Source of the DNA: Octopus sinensis
Taxonomy: Eukaryota
Direction: 5' to 3'
DNA: 64,000 bases
NCBI RefSeq assembly: GCF_006345805.1
Contig: NW_021831752.1
Coordinates: 248,001-312,000 of the forward strand
The notes beneath the pieces were generated by a model. The model was not told the DNA's origin, made no database searches, and saw nothing but the letters and a program-made list of their open reading frames with translations. Position numbers and translations under genes: made by a program. How positions within the stretch are numbered: position 1 is the stretch's first letter; every line of letters begins with the position of its first letter. Shown here one piece after another: positions 1 to 11,477 of this stretch.

Positions 1-422
1 TTGGGGTTTCTGCCATGTGTGTTTGTTTTAGCATTAATGTGGATATGTTGATGGTTTTTTGAGTACATTAATGTGCAGTACATTGTTTCCCCACATCGTC
101 GGGCCTCATCTTCTGCAATAAATATATTTTTCCAACACGCTCTGGGAGATGCAGAAAGTACGTACATTGTTGGCTTGGTTCTATCGCTCACTTGTTTATT
201 GACATGTAGATAGCAACTCAAACTAAAAAACACGATGAAATAAATATAAATAATGATAGTAAGTATATCAGATGGGGTTTGTTGACGACTGTTTTTGTCT
301 GTGCTCTTGGAGGATGTGCTTTTCTGGCGGCTTCTTTTTTTATTGAAAGGGACCATCGACGGGTTGTTGATGGTATAGATGAAATGGAAGAAGCATCGGT
401 GGATAATATATTTAACGACTAA
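1..422 (+). CDS. SPNS1: Spinster-family MFS lysosomal transporter, 3' end (gene starts before window)
   Basis: Splicing GT-AG introns 54-78 and 178-209 gives ...INVDMLMYIVSPHRRASSSAINIFFQHALGDAESTYIVGLIAT...LLTTVFVCALGGCAFLAASFFIERDHRR...*, matching the spinster C-terminal helices (RRSTAEAFQIVLSHLLGDAGSPYLIG; GALGGAAFLGTAIFIEADRR). Confidence 0.8.
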
Positions 423-859
423 ATTAATTACTATAGTTAAAAATCAAGTTTCCCATGTTTTGCAAAATTAATCCATGAATTCAAAGACTTTTAAATGTCT
501 TTATTTTTAATGTTTTTTAAGTCAAAGCGAGAAAGTGAACTAACCATGAAGAGGAAGAATTAATATTTTTTCTAAAATATTTTTATAAAAGATTTTCTAT
601 CCAATGAAAGTCGTTGTTTGAAAATCACATAAATTTCTGGAATTTAAAGAATGCAAATTATTTATCAAAAGTAGGACAATTTTTTAATAACGAAAAAAAT
701 TGATTAAAACTTATGACTTTCAATTAGAACTATTGAATACACTGTCTCCAGTGTTAAATTCATATTTAAATTAATTCACTCCCATCTTTTTTTCGTCCTT
801 CTACAATAAAGAGAATTTAAGTCCACTCGAGGAAAATCAAATTTGTAATCACCTTTTGA

Positions 860-1140
860 AAAAATTACTATATGTTTCGGGGCTTTCTTTACCATCTCGC
901 TCTGTTGATTCAGCAATAATTTACACTCTTTTTATTTTTAGCTGGTAGTGTAACATGAACATTCTGACAGCGTATAGAGGAGCTTCGCACTCTCTCGGTA
1001 TTCCAACACCAACTCAGTATGGGCTGAATTCTTCAACGATCAAAATAGCCAACTGTAATTGGACAAATACAACCATCTTTCTTTTTCAAACAAGTAAGGT
1101 TGGCTTCCGGATAGATAATAAATTGCCGTTTAGAAATAGA
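860..1140 (-). pseudogene. Decayed CRE-clade reverse transcriptase remnant
   Basis: Minus-strand broken frames read ANLTCLKKKDGCICPITVG and VGVGIPRECEAPLYAVRMF, resembling CRE RT motifs (LVALxKKDGGIRPIAVG; QLGVGVPGGCEAAVHA). Many stops. Confidence 0.45.
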
Positions 1141-1385
1141 GACTAATCCGTGTTAAGTTCAGTAAAACAAGAGAACAAGAAGACTGTGTAGCAGAATTTA
1201 ACTTGTTGACATGAGAAGCAATTTGGAAGCTGTTATTATGAGATTTACAAATCAGGGAAGCTAAAAAAGTGCTATCCTCAAGAGAAGTGGTTTGTTATGA
1301 CAAGTAAGTTAAGAAGTTTGAGAGTTTAAGGAGCCTTTAACATTGCGGATTGGGATTGTTAAAAAAGTTGGTCATGAAGACTTTA

Positions 1386-2509
1386 TTATATTAGATCCAG
1401 CTCGTCAAAATCCCAGAGTCGAATTACCCCGTCATCGGACACTGTCACCATCAACGATTCGGTAGTTAACTACAATAAAACACAATAAACACGTATATAT
1501 CCAAGACTGGTCTGCTATGTCTTAGTGTGCGCCTGGGGACTTCGTCGTTGGGATCAAAAATGCCGATACCTCCGTCCCCTCCACATGTGAGGACTGTGGT
1601 GAGGGAGGGGAAATACGGTAATTTTTGAACATTCGAATGGCCCGCACTGAGTTTGTATGTCCGCACAAAGTCCGGATTTCCTGATGATCGTCTAGCGTCC
1701 ATGTTTTGACGGTCCCCTCCATACTCCCGCTAAACAATACCATGTCCTTCATCTGCAACATCCTACCCACTTAAAACCATTAGACAAATGACGGGGGATT
1801 TGTGGCCGGTTAAGGTCATAAGATGTTCTCCACTTACAACTTCCCAACACATGACAGTCGAGTCAGTTGATCCTGTCAAAATGTGTTCACGGAACGAATC
1901 CACTGCCAGGCACGTTACCGCTCCGCAATGCTTCTCTAACGAGGAAAGACACTGTCCACTCACAATTGAGTATATTTTAGCAGTTGAGTCACAGGAGGCA
2001 GTCGCCACCAAATTGTCGAGAATGTGCAGCATGTCAAGAATACTGCCACAGTGGTCATTGTATGTCCTCTGCAATGTTGCCTCCCCATTCTCCAAGCTCC
2101 AGCATTTGACGGTGTTGTCATAAGAGCAAGTCAGAATGAGTGGCCCGGAGATGAGTATTCCACTTATTTGTCCATTGTGGGCTGCCAGTCGACCCACCAG
2201 TGTGTAGTCTTGTCCGTCAAATGACACAAATGCGACAACTCCATCCAGTGATCCCGAAACTATCAAACCCTTTGAGCAGTGAATGCACGTGACCCTCGAA
2301 AAGTGGACATTTGTCATATTATGCAGATAAACCAAGTGAGCACTCGAGGCATGTGATGTGTGGATTCCCCAAATCAGCAATTCTCCCTTTTCTGTCCCCA
2401 GAACAATGATGTCACCGAAACCGACAGAACATATCTCCAATTTTGTTTCACACGTGTGCAGTAACCCGCGCTCTTCAGACTTATTTCTTTTGGAGCAACC
2501 GAGTCCCAT
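1386..2509 (-). CDS. WDR86: WD40-repeat protein, WDR86-like
   Basis: A 248-aa ORF plus three 23-25 nt introns gives a continuous WD40 protein ending VSDDGVIRLWDFDELDLI*. Segments TGSTDSTVMCWEVVSGEH and GHKSPVICL and the N-terminal MGxGCS resemble WDR86. Confidence 0.75.
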
Positions 2510-2989
2510 CTCACTAATGTACGCAACTGGGTTTATATTGACTGGTCTGCCTGAGGGTTTCGTTTAAGGATAGTCACATTTACAGCATTACCAGAGGCAA
2601 CATGATAATATTATTAATCTCACAAACACAGTACTCGGGTGGCAACACATTTTCTATTTGTAGACAGACTTATATGAAAGAAAATGAAGGAGTAATGTTT
2701 ATCTTATTTCCAGGCTTTGATTAATGAAATGTTTAAAAATCAAGAGACAGTTTTGGCTATATTCTCTGACGACAAACTAGCCTCTTTATCGCTAAAAAAT
2801 TGACTCTTATCCTAAAAAGAATTCCTTGGCAAGTCTTATATGAAGATTCCATTCTTCCATAGAAACCCTTCTTTTGGACTTTAAGTTCCGGAAATGTGTC
2901 ATTCCTGTCAGCAAACTACCACTCATTTCCAGAGAGGTACAAATGTCACTAGTACGCTTTGGAGTTTCTGTGGAATTCTAAAAAATAGA

Positions 2990-3400
2990 ATGTGGCTGAA
3001 TTGAATCTTCAGATGCTAACAATTTTGTTACACTGCAGAGATATGTTCTCCAAGGTAGCGATGCTTATTTTTAGGCTCTGCCACTGCCCCTAAAAATAGG
3101 ATCAGTTTGAAAAAACCTGTATTAACTGTGGGGGCTCAGGTCATCTCGCATGTTATAGAGGTTGTTCCTCGAGTAAGCCTGCAACGACTTATAAAAATAA
3201 ACTGCAAACCTCCAGTGACTTCTATTCCAACCCACAAGGGCAAATCTATTATTTGGGTAAAGCCAAATTTTACCACTTGGTCTGGACAAAGTACCCCCAA
3301 ATAGTGCCGTCCAAAATCGAATGTGGCTCCCAAACTAAACCACCACCCGTTGATACTCTGTCCAGTCAATTCTCTAATTTGAAATCCGGAAAGAAAACTT
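2990..3400 (+). pseudogene. Decayed gag-like LINE ORF1 remnant with CCHC zinc knuckles
   Basis: Broken frames read IFRC*QFCYTAEICSPR*RCLF and KTCINCGGSGHLACYRGC, resembling the triple zinc knuckle of Jockey/I-type ORF1. Confidence 0.4.
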
Positions 3401-4339
3401 GCTAGAACCCCGATACTAAAAGTTCCAATTATCGTATCTTGCCAATATCAATTCTTTGGTCACTGCACTGTAGTCCTTAGAAAGGTATATGTGAGTACCA
3501 GCAAGTTGCACAATCTTCTTTCTGAAGGAGATAGGGCAAAAACATAACCCAAATTCTAAACATCATGCCTGTGGACGCCCTACAACGGCACCACGACATA
3601 AGCTTGTCAGAGTGTTCATGACTGAATTGTTAGTGAGATTTCTACAGTTGAAAAAGAAATGGACCTACGCGAGAAGACTATACATACAACGCATTATGAA
3701 TTCCGTTTTCCTAATACCTTTTATAACGTATCTCAATAGAGTCAGACTGTAAGCACAACCGTCTTGTAATTAACAAGGATTAATGGTAATAATGGAAACT
3801 GTCGATATACAAGTTGAAGATGTCAAATACAGTAATAAGACGTTTACCAATGCAAGAATATTCACAGATTATGTGAATACTTTATATATTTATCCTCAAA
3901 GCATAACAACAAAGTAGGTTGACACTCAATGTAATTCTAGTTTCAGAATATTCAGTGTGGAGTATCTTGTAGAGAATTAAACAGCCCCATTGCTCCTGAT
4001 ATTCCAGTTATTGGTCTATTTGATTTTTTAGTTAATTTATGGACAACCATGGAATAAAACATTTATTTCTGTTAAAATTACTATTATTAATCCCCAAGCT
4101 TGCTAAGCATAGCAAACCCGGCACAAAGAGGCATAACTAACTAATCGAATGAAGAAGCCAAGGAAGAAGAAACTGTCCGTGCTAATCAGCATTAGCCTCC
4201 AAATCTTCAATACAGCCTTCCGGATCCAAAGAGAGGTGATGAATATCTGGTCCGCCCAGTTTTCCCATTTGTCAGCCTCCCACCGTCACTCACCGCACGT
4301 CATTTGTTTTCGGAAGGGTTTAACATAATGAAGATTTCT

Positions 4340-4773
4340 GTTCAAAAGTAAACCTCCACTTCTCATCATTTCGAGTCGACAGCCGCTAAATCGAAGTTAA
4401 GGCCGTCTTTTCCGGATTGATTTTCAGGGACCACCTCTTCAAAACTGTTGTATCTTTGTCTACTACAGCTCTTAGAATCGTTACATCCTCAGATACAAAA
4501 TCAAATGATTATTAAGTGATGCAATTCCTTTCTGACATCCCTTAACGCAGCTTCCAAATAGATTACAAAGAGGACTGGCGAAAGGAAGTCCCCTTGCGGA
4601 GTACCAATCCCGGTGGTAAATTTATCCGAATAGTCTCTCCCCATTTTCACTACGAGGCTCGTATAAGCCAGCAGAAAACGCATAATCCTTAAAGAGTCTT
4701 CATCAACAATATCCTCGAGAACCAGCAATAGTTTATTATTATAATTATTATAAAGCACTTTCGGAAAAGTCAT
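4340..4773 (-). mobile_element. RTE-type LINE RT fragment (older relative of the adjacent intact element)
   Basis: GTPQGDFLSPVLFVIYLEAALRD and DFVSEDVTILRAVVDKDTTVLKRWSLKINPEKT align with the intact ORF at 4777-7704. YADD region deleted; stop codon present. Confidence 0.8.
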
Positions 4774-4776
4774 AAG

Positions 4777-7704
4777 TTAATTAAGCTTTCCTTGTGCCAC
4801 CATTGAAATTCTCCCGGTCATGCGTCTCCAGGCTCTCCGGTCAGTTGCGATCGTCCTGAGTGAGTCGAGATCATCGCCATTTTTCAGTTTTTTATTAATT
4901 CCAGCTAGATCTTCATTTAGCGTGGTAGCCAGAGTGACCCTGGGTCTTCCACGGAAGTCTCCTTTGGAATGGGCAAAGTAGTTTTCCATCGCGATATTCG
5001 GCGGAGTGAGGCTGTCAAGTCTTAATATGTGTCCAAAGAGTCGCCATCTGGACTCCAGGATGTCCATAGAGATCGGTCTCGAATTGCATCTTTTGTATAG
5101 GGTGGAATTTGCTATTTTCCTTGAGAATTGCATGTTTATCACTCTTCTCAGTTGGTTCCGATGAAATCGGTCCAAATTGTTCATATCGGTCTTACTGATT
5201 CCCCACGTCGATCCATTGTACATTAGGACTGGGACAACAAATGTGTTGTATATTTTAAGTTTTGTCTTTGAATTTAGCTTCTTTAGGCGCCAGATGTTCA
5301 TAAACTTATTGTATGTGGCAATTGATAGTATTTTTCTGTGCATAATGTCTTCAGAGTCCCCTAAGAGAGATCCGACTTTTTTTTGTCTTCTCCAGGGCTC
5401 ATCATGAGTTCGTTCAGATCGAATAAATTTCGTATGTTCAGTTTTATTGTGGTTGATTGTTAGAAACCATTTGGAAAAAATATCTGGTAATGTTTCGATA
5501 ATAAATCGAAGGGTTTCAGCATCATCAGATACGAAGTCGACATCATCAGCATATATTATTTCGTTGTATTTAGTGTTGTCCACAAGAGGCCGAAAGTCTC
5601 TGAGTGCTGCCTCTAGGTAGACGATAAAGAGAACTGGGGACAGCGAATCGCCTTGTGGTATGCCCCGTGATGTGTAGAAATAGTTTGACACATTTTTACC
5701 AAGTTTGGTTGCTAATTGAGTGTTCTGAAGAAGCATTAGGATTATTCTGATGTCGTCATGATTTAAGAAGGTCATAAGTATTTCCACAAGTTTAGTTCTG
5801 TGAACAGAGTCGAATGCTCTGGACATATCGATGCCGAGTATTTCAGTGCAATGTTTATATTTTTGGCATGTGGCAGCTGTCCATCTGTGAGTCCAGATCA
5901 CATCAGCAGTGGACCTGCCAGTTCTAAAGCCACTTTGTCCCGGTGACAGAAAGTTTTCCACCTTGGTTCTTATCCTCTCTAATGCGATCAACGACAGTGT
6001 TTTCCGAAGCGTCGTTAGCAAAATAATAGGTCTTAGGCTGGATAGGGGTCCTTTTTGTTTTCCAGGTTTCTGTAGAGGAATTAACCATCCTTTGCCGAGG
6101 TCTAATGGGTTGTTCTGCTCAAATGCCTTGTTCAGGATATTTGCAGCGATTTCAGCAAACTTCATTGGCGCATATTTTACTAGTTCAGGTGGGATATTGT
6201 CCGGTCCCCCAGACCTGCCGGTTTTCAGTTTCTTCATTGCCTCCAATATTTCGTAAGTGGTTAATGGGGAACTTAGTGCCCCTACAGTATATGGGTAGGG
6301 TTTGTATCCTGATTCATCCTCCCAGTTAAGCATTTTGTAGTAGTATTCAGATATAGCCTCTACCTTACTCTTGTTGTCAATGATAGCCGCTTCCGTGGTG
6401 TCCCAGACAGTGATCGAATTTTGCCTCTTTTTTTTGCTTAGCAGCCTCATTGCCATGAACATTTTCGTGTCGTCCTTTTGTTTTGTTATGTGTTGAAATT
6501 GCTCTTCTGTTTCTTTGTACATTAGCAATTTCTGTGTTTTCTTGATATTTAGTAATATCATGTTCCGTAATTTTCGGAGTTCTCTTATTTTTTTCGGGTT
6601 GCTGGAGTTTTGTATTTTTAACCTCAAGGTTTTCTGCCTTTCTGAGAGGGAGCAAATCTCGTTATCGTGAAATTTGTGTTTTTTTCGAGTGAGTCCAACA
6701 ACATTTACAGCTGTCTTCTTCATTGCACTGGTCACTGCATCCCAAATCGCATTTGCAGGTTTTGTTGTGTCAATATTGTCGAGTTCTTCCTGTAGTTTGT
6801 CTGCATAGTTCTGTTTGAGTTTTTCATCACGGAATAATTCAAGATTATAGCTTTCTTGTTCATCATGCGTAAGTTTTTTCAGTTTGTTGTATGTCTTGTA
6901 CAGTCCGATGCTAGTGATTACTAGTTTGTGGTCACTATTTGTCTCCAGTCCCCCGTATGAACGTGAATCCACAAGTAGATGTTTATGGGCAGCTTTGCAG
7001 AGGATGTAGTCTATTTGATTGAATATAGGTATGTAATTTCCATTTGAGTCCTTTCTGGTTCCAGTCCATGTTGTTTTGTGCCTGGCTGGATGACGGAATG
7101 CCGTGTTGCATAAGAATAGGTCTAAATAGGTGCAGAATTGGATCAAGGCAGTTCCAGGCACATTTCTCCGGTTTCTTCCATGGGATCCTATGCATGTTTC
7201 TCCGGGCCTGGCTTTCCCTGCTCTGGCGTTCCAATCACCAGCAATGAAACACATATACGAGGATCTGAGTGTGTTGTATAAATTTGTGAGAGTGGAATAG
7301 AATTCATCAAGTTCATCCGGATTAGCAAGGGCTCTGACTCCAGTTGGCGCGTACACATTAATGATTGTGACGAGGGAGTTCGGTTTCGTTCCCCATTTGA
7401 TTTGGAGTACCGCAATCCTGTCCGAGACGGACCACACCCGGGATATGTGTTCGTCCAGTTTTCTGTTGATTGCAAACCCAAGGCCGTAGTGACGACAGGT
7501 AGTTGGGAGGGTAATTAGTGTGTAATCGCCTATCTTCGAGCTTCCATGTTCAGTTATTTTCGTCTCTTGTAAGCAGCAGATGGACACCTTGCGTTGTTCC
7601 AAATCTCTTGTGAGTTGAAGTTGTTTATACATGGGATTGAGTCCTCTAACGTTTAGAGTGCCAATTGAGAACGGGCCAGCAGATATCAAGTGTGAGAAAG
7701 ACAT
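4777..7704 (-). CDS. Intact single-ORF non-LTR retrotransposon protein (APE endonuclease + RT), RTE-type
   Basis: 975-aa uninterrupted ORF. APE motifs TLNVRGL, CLQET, GDWNA, QIDYIL, SDHKLV; RT motifs GIPQGDSLSP and YADD; RTE-type C-terminus WRLFGHILR...GRPRVT. Confidence 0.93.
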   Translation of the reverse strand: MSFSHLISAGPFSIGTLNVRGLNPMYKQLQLTRDLEQRKVSICCLQETKITEHGSSKIGDYTLITLPTTCRHYGLGFAINRKLDEHISRVWSVSDRIAVLQIKWGTKPNSLVTIINVYAPTGVRALANPDELDEFYSTLTNLYNTLRSSYMCFIAGDWNARAGKARPGETCIGSHGRNRRNVPGTALIQFCTYLDLFLCNTAFRHPARHKTTWTGTRKDSNGNYIPIFNQIDYILCKAAHKHLLVDSRSYGGLETNSDHKLVITSIGLYKTYNKLKKLTHDEQESYNLELFRDEKLKQNYADKLQEELDNIDTTKPANAIWDAVTSAMKKTAVNVVGLTRKKHKFHDNEICSLSERQKTLRLKIQNSSNPKKIRELRKLRNMILLNIKKTQKLLMYKETEEQFQHITKQKDDTKMFMAMRLLSKKKRQNSITVWDTTEAAIIDNKSKVEAISEYYYKMLNWEDESGYKPYPYTVGALSSPLTTYEILEAMKKLKTGRSGGPDNIPPELVKYAPMKFAEIAANILNKAFEQNNPLDLGKGWLIPLQKPGKQKGPLSSLRPIILLTTLRKTLSLIALERIRTKVENFLSPGQSGFRTGRSTADVIWTHRWTAATCQKYKHCTEILGIDMSRAFDSVHRTKLVEILMTFLNHDDIRIILMLLQNTQLATKLGKNVSNYFYTSRGIPQGDSLSPVLFIVYLEAALRDFRPLVDNTKYNEIIYADDVDFVSDDAETLRFIIETLPDIFSKWFLTINHNKTEHTKFIRSERTHDEPWRRQKKVGSLLGDSEDIMHRKILSIATYNKFMNIWRLKKLNSKTKLKIYNTFVVPVLMYNGSTWGISKTDMNNLDRFHRNQLRRVINMQFSRKIANSTLYKRCNSRPISMDILESRWRLFGHILRLDSLTPPNIAMENYFAHSKGDFRGRPRVTLATTLNEDLAGINKKLKNGDDLDSLRTIATDRRAWRRMTGRISMVAQGKLN

Positions 7705-7740
7705 TGGTGCAATAGAGGCACGTCACCACCTCAACCAAAA

Positions 7741-9810
7741 AAAGTTATCTCGATAGATACTGTCTCTCTAAATCTTCAAACACGCTTGTATAATGCGTTC
7801 GTACAACCAATCCTATTATACAACTCGGGAACATTGGGAACATCGAAAACGGACCTTGACAGACTAGAAGTATCAAATGGCCACAGACTATCAAAAACGA
7901 CACTTTCTACAAATTATCTAAATGCAAGCCGATTAGCAAAGAAGTTACTACAGTACCGGTCATATGTTTTAGACATTCTGAAAAAATCCCAGTGTTTGAT
8001 TTTTCTAAAGAAAAATCTTATTAAAAAAATGCTTTTCATTAAGCATTATCCATTTTTTTTAGTTATTTATTTTTTCCCAATCTCATCGTCACTGTATTTT
8101 CGACATCTTGATCTTTTTATAGATTTTGTCGAAACTGGCCCAGTCATATGTTTTAGACATTTACGATGCACATCCATAATCTGGAATTTTTAAAAGTTAA
8201 AACGAGTTTTTATTAATTAAAACACAAGTTAGTATTTAGTTACATCTCCTTTTTTCGATATTACATCATGTATTCTATTTGGGATCGACAAATACAAGTT
8301 TTGAATATAATCATCTCCCATCTTGTTCCATTCATCTTTTGCCATCTCCCATAGTTGCTTAACGTTCTGAGGGTTTCTATTTCTGATTTTGCTCTTTAAA
8401 TAATGCCAGCAATTTTCTATTATGTTAAGATCTGGCGATTGTGCAGGCCAATTGTTTAAAATATTCACTCCTTTTTCAAGCAAATAATTTTTTGTAGACC
8501 GTGAAGTATGACATGATGCACCATCTTGTTGGAAAATAAAGTTATCATCATATATCTCAGAAAGCCCTTGTTCCAAGATTCGTTGATATTCTACGGAATC
8601 TACATTTCCTTCGCACAATATCAAGGCACTTTTTCCATCGTGTCTGATACCGCCCCAAACCATGATTGAAGGTGCGAATTTCTAAGTTTTCGTTGTGTAG
8701 TTCGAATTGAATCTATTTCCAGGAGGTCTCCTTACGAATTCTCGTGCTTTCGAAATTAATTCGATGCGGCACTCGTCAGTAAAAATGACCTTATTCCAAT
8801 CGAATGAAATGTTTCTAGTGCAGAATATTTTTCTCTTCTTGATATTATTAGTTGAAAGTCTAGGTTTTTTGGCTGCTATTCTTACGAAAAGTTCATTTTT
8901 GCGTAAGATTCTTCGTACAGTTTCGACACTGACGGTTTCCGTAATATTTAGGTCTTTTCTGATTTCATTCGCTGTTTTTTGGGAAAACGTCGAGACTCAC
9001 GTACAAGATTCCTTTGAGCACGTGCCGAAAGAATACAATTTCTTCCAGATTTTGGTCTGTCGTAAAACCCATTTCCATCCAAATACCGTTGGTAAGTGTG
9101 ATTTACGGCGCATCTGGATATTCCAAGTAAAATCGATATTTCCTGTACGGTATGACCATTTTCTCGCATAAAAACAATTCTATGACGCTGTTCAACAGAA
9201 AGTCGTGGCATACTGCTTTCAAATTAATTTAAAACACGTTTCCGATACGAAAAATAGAAAAAAAGTATAAATTTTATTGAAATATAATGAATTTAAATAA
9301 AATGTCTAAAACATATGACTGGGCCAATTTCGACAAAATCCTTAAACACATGAAGAAGTCGAAGATAAAGCGAAGATAAGATATGAAAATGATAAATATA
9401 TAAATAATATAGATAATACTTACTAAAAAACTTTTATTTTATTGGATTTTTCTTTAGAAAAATCAAACACTGGGATTTTTTCAGAATGTCTAAAACATAT
9501 GACCGGTACTGTACCTCATGCTGGAGACTTTTCGGACATGTTTTGAGAATGTACAAAATGATTCCTTCCAATCAAATCATAGAAGAATACTTCTTTAATC
9601 ACGGAATTGGATTTCGGGGACAACCAAGACGCACACTTCCATTCGGCCTAAGGGATGATCAAGCGAGAATTGGCAACCTACTTAACACTAATGACGATCT
9701 TGAGGATATTCGCAAACGCGCGAGGAACAAGGCTGAATGGAAAAGACTGACTAAGAGGATAGTTGAGAATACGGCATGAGCGTAAACTGGTGACGATCTT
9801 AACTAACTTA
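7741..9810 (+). mobile_element. 5'-truncated RTE-type LINE 3' fragment, interrupted by a Tc1 element
   Basis: Removing 7951-9511 and one TA restores IKNDTFYKLSKCKPISKEVTTSCWRLFGHVLRM. Ends with a cttaactaactt tail like that of the intact element. Confidence 0.85.
7951..9511 (-). mobile_element. Tc1/mariner DNA transposon, IR/DR type, with defective transposase (8229-9211)
   Basis: TA duplications at 7949-7950 and 9512-9513. TIRs begin CAGTACCGGTCATATGTTTTAGACATT, with inner copies near 8123-8161 and 9301-9340. Transposase has HTH, FTDE, QQDG and SPDLNIIE, one -1 frameshift in an A-run and one in-frame TAG. Confidence 0.95.
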
Positions 9811-10245
9811 ATTTCTGTTTAAAAATCAAATTTTTAGAAAGCAAATGGTTTAGTCAACCAAGATCATAAAATCAGTGAACAAATTAAATAGTTTGGAACG
9901 TAAACAACCAACTCAATCTTACTTGTTGTAACAACTTTAAGTCCATTATCTCCCTCCCAATCTTTTCCAAAACAACCCCAAAAGGATAAACCAAGATCCA
10001 CAGTAGTGAAGCACTTATTGAGAAGGAATGAGCCTTTCGATACAGTACTACTGCACTTTTTGAGGTACCTGGAACTTTTCAGTTTACCAGTTGTGTATTT
10101 GAGGGACCGGCGGAAGAATGGAGTGCCACAAAACAACGTTTTGTCATTTTATAGTGTTGTGACACTAATCAAGTTGTTTCTAGTTGTACCAGTCTGGTCT
10201 AAAAGTACAGACGGTTGATGACGGATAATATGAGTATAAATATTA

Positions 10246-10853
10246 TGTCGCGAGCGCAGCGCGCGACCGAGCGCTAGACGCGACTTTGACACCTAACAAG
10301 CCTATCATCAACAAATATATTTATTAAATTATTTAAAATTTTAACATGATTTAAAATTAAAATTGAAATAACTTAAGTTTTTCATTGAATCCCATAAAAT
10401 AATTTATAAGTAGACCTTAATAGAAAAAGTAAAATCAATGAATACTGAACGCTAATTTGGTTTAGGTTGTGAGGGGGGTAATAATTTGACAGATCTCATT
10501 GCTATTTTTTCGTTTTAATCTCTAAAATTAGGTCTTCTAATCAAAAATGAACTGTGCAGACAGGCTTGCTCCTTCAGAAGATTCTTGTTTTGACATTTTT
10601 ATAAATTATGAAGCATTTAGATTTTTTCTCATTATTCTAAAATATCAATTATAAATTTTAAAATATTATTTTTATTTATGAAATCGGTTTTAAAGCTCAT
10701 TCTGCTTTGGCATCGATTTTAATTTTTGTTATCGAATATATTTAATCCCAAATACAAGCCTGGGTGTTTGTCAATTTATAGATTTTTTGATTGATCGGAT
10801 CTAGAAATTGAGTGGTCGCTCGCTGCGCTCGGTCGCTCGCTGCGCTCGCGACA
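10246..10853. mobile_element. 608-bp MITE with TGT...ACA termini and 5-bp TSD (Ginger/TDD-like)
   Basis: TIR TGTCGCGAGCGCAGCG(C/A)GCGACCGAGCGC at both ends; TATTA duplicated at 10241-10245 and 10854-10858. Confidence 0.85.
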
Positions 10854-11477
10854 TATTAAATTCATTACAATTTGCACTTGTGTAAGTTAAGTTGATATTT
10901 TTAATGATAAGTCAGAATAAGAAACTGAGAAAGGATTCTGAAAAATTGATTCAAAGAATTAGAAAGTCTGAAGAAGAAAGAGAACTGAAATTGAATATGA
11001 TGGATAATCGCATTAACTTTGCTGACCAACATATAGAATTTCTCACGAGACTTTATAAACAAACTTGACTAATAAATCATAAATGCTGTTTTTTAAATAT
11101 CGTTAAATTGATTTATATGCTATCGGAAGCGTCCTTCAAAGTGGCCGTGTTAAATTTGATCACCTGATCAAAGAGCTATGAAATCAGGAAAAAAACAAGA
11201 GGAATTGGAGTGATCAAAAAATTGTGATACTCACTACTAAAATCCTTAGCCATGAATGCCTTGATAGTGGATTATTCTTTTAGTTCATGAAGTTCCTTGT
11301 TGTCCTTTTTGAAGTGTTAACATATACTCCAAGTGAATACCAAAGATAAAAAGAACTTCCTTAAAATTTTAGAGACAAAAGAAAGTGCGGATTCTTTAAA
11401 TTTAAAAATTTTGTTTCTTAATAATATTTTTTGTATTTATCAATAACTCGAATAAATTATAAGATTTGAATCAATCA

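Noticed and set aside
4085-4340. HDV-like or hammerhead ribozyme near the RTE fragments
   Set aside because: Only two small hairpins (TTGCTA-AGCA-TAGCAA; GCTAAT-CAGC-ATTAGC) are visible; I could not build the nested pseudoknot or the CUGAUGA/GAAA core.
5177-7481. Multiple short overlapping ORFs within the RTE element, and similar antisense ORFs over WDR86, FANCD2 and the CRE copies
   Set aside because: Shadow frames of real coding sequence with no recognisable motifs.
8660-8690. In-frame TAG in the Tc1 transposase as a sign of a non-standard genetic code
   Set aside because: Host genes terminate normally with TAA, TAG (ATP6V1D) and TGA (MEAF6), and I saw no in-frame stops in the exons I reconstructed; the transposase also has a frameshift.
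9850-11070. Possible small plus-strand gene spanning the MITE (KLRKDSEKLIQRIRK... at ~10920-11070)
   Set aside because: No splice combination I tried gave a continuous frame, and no family was recognised.
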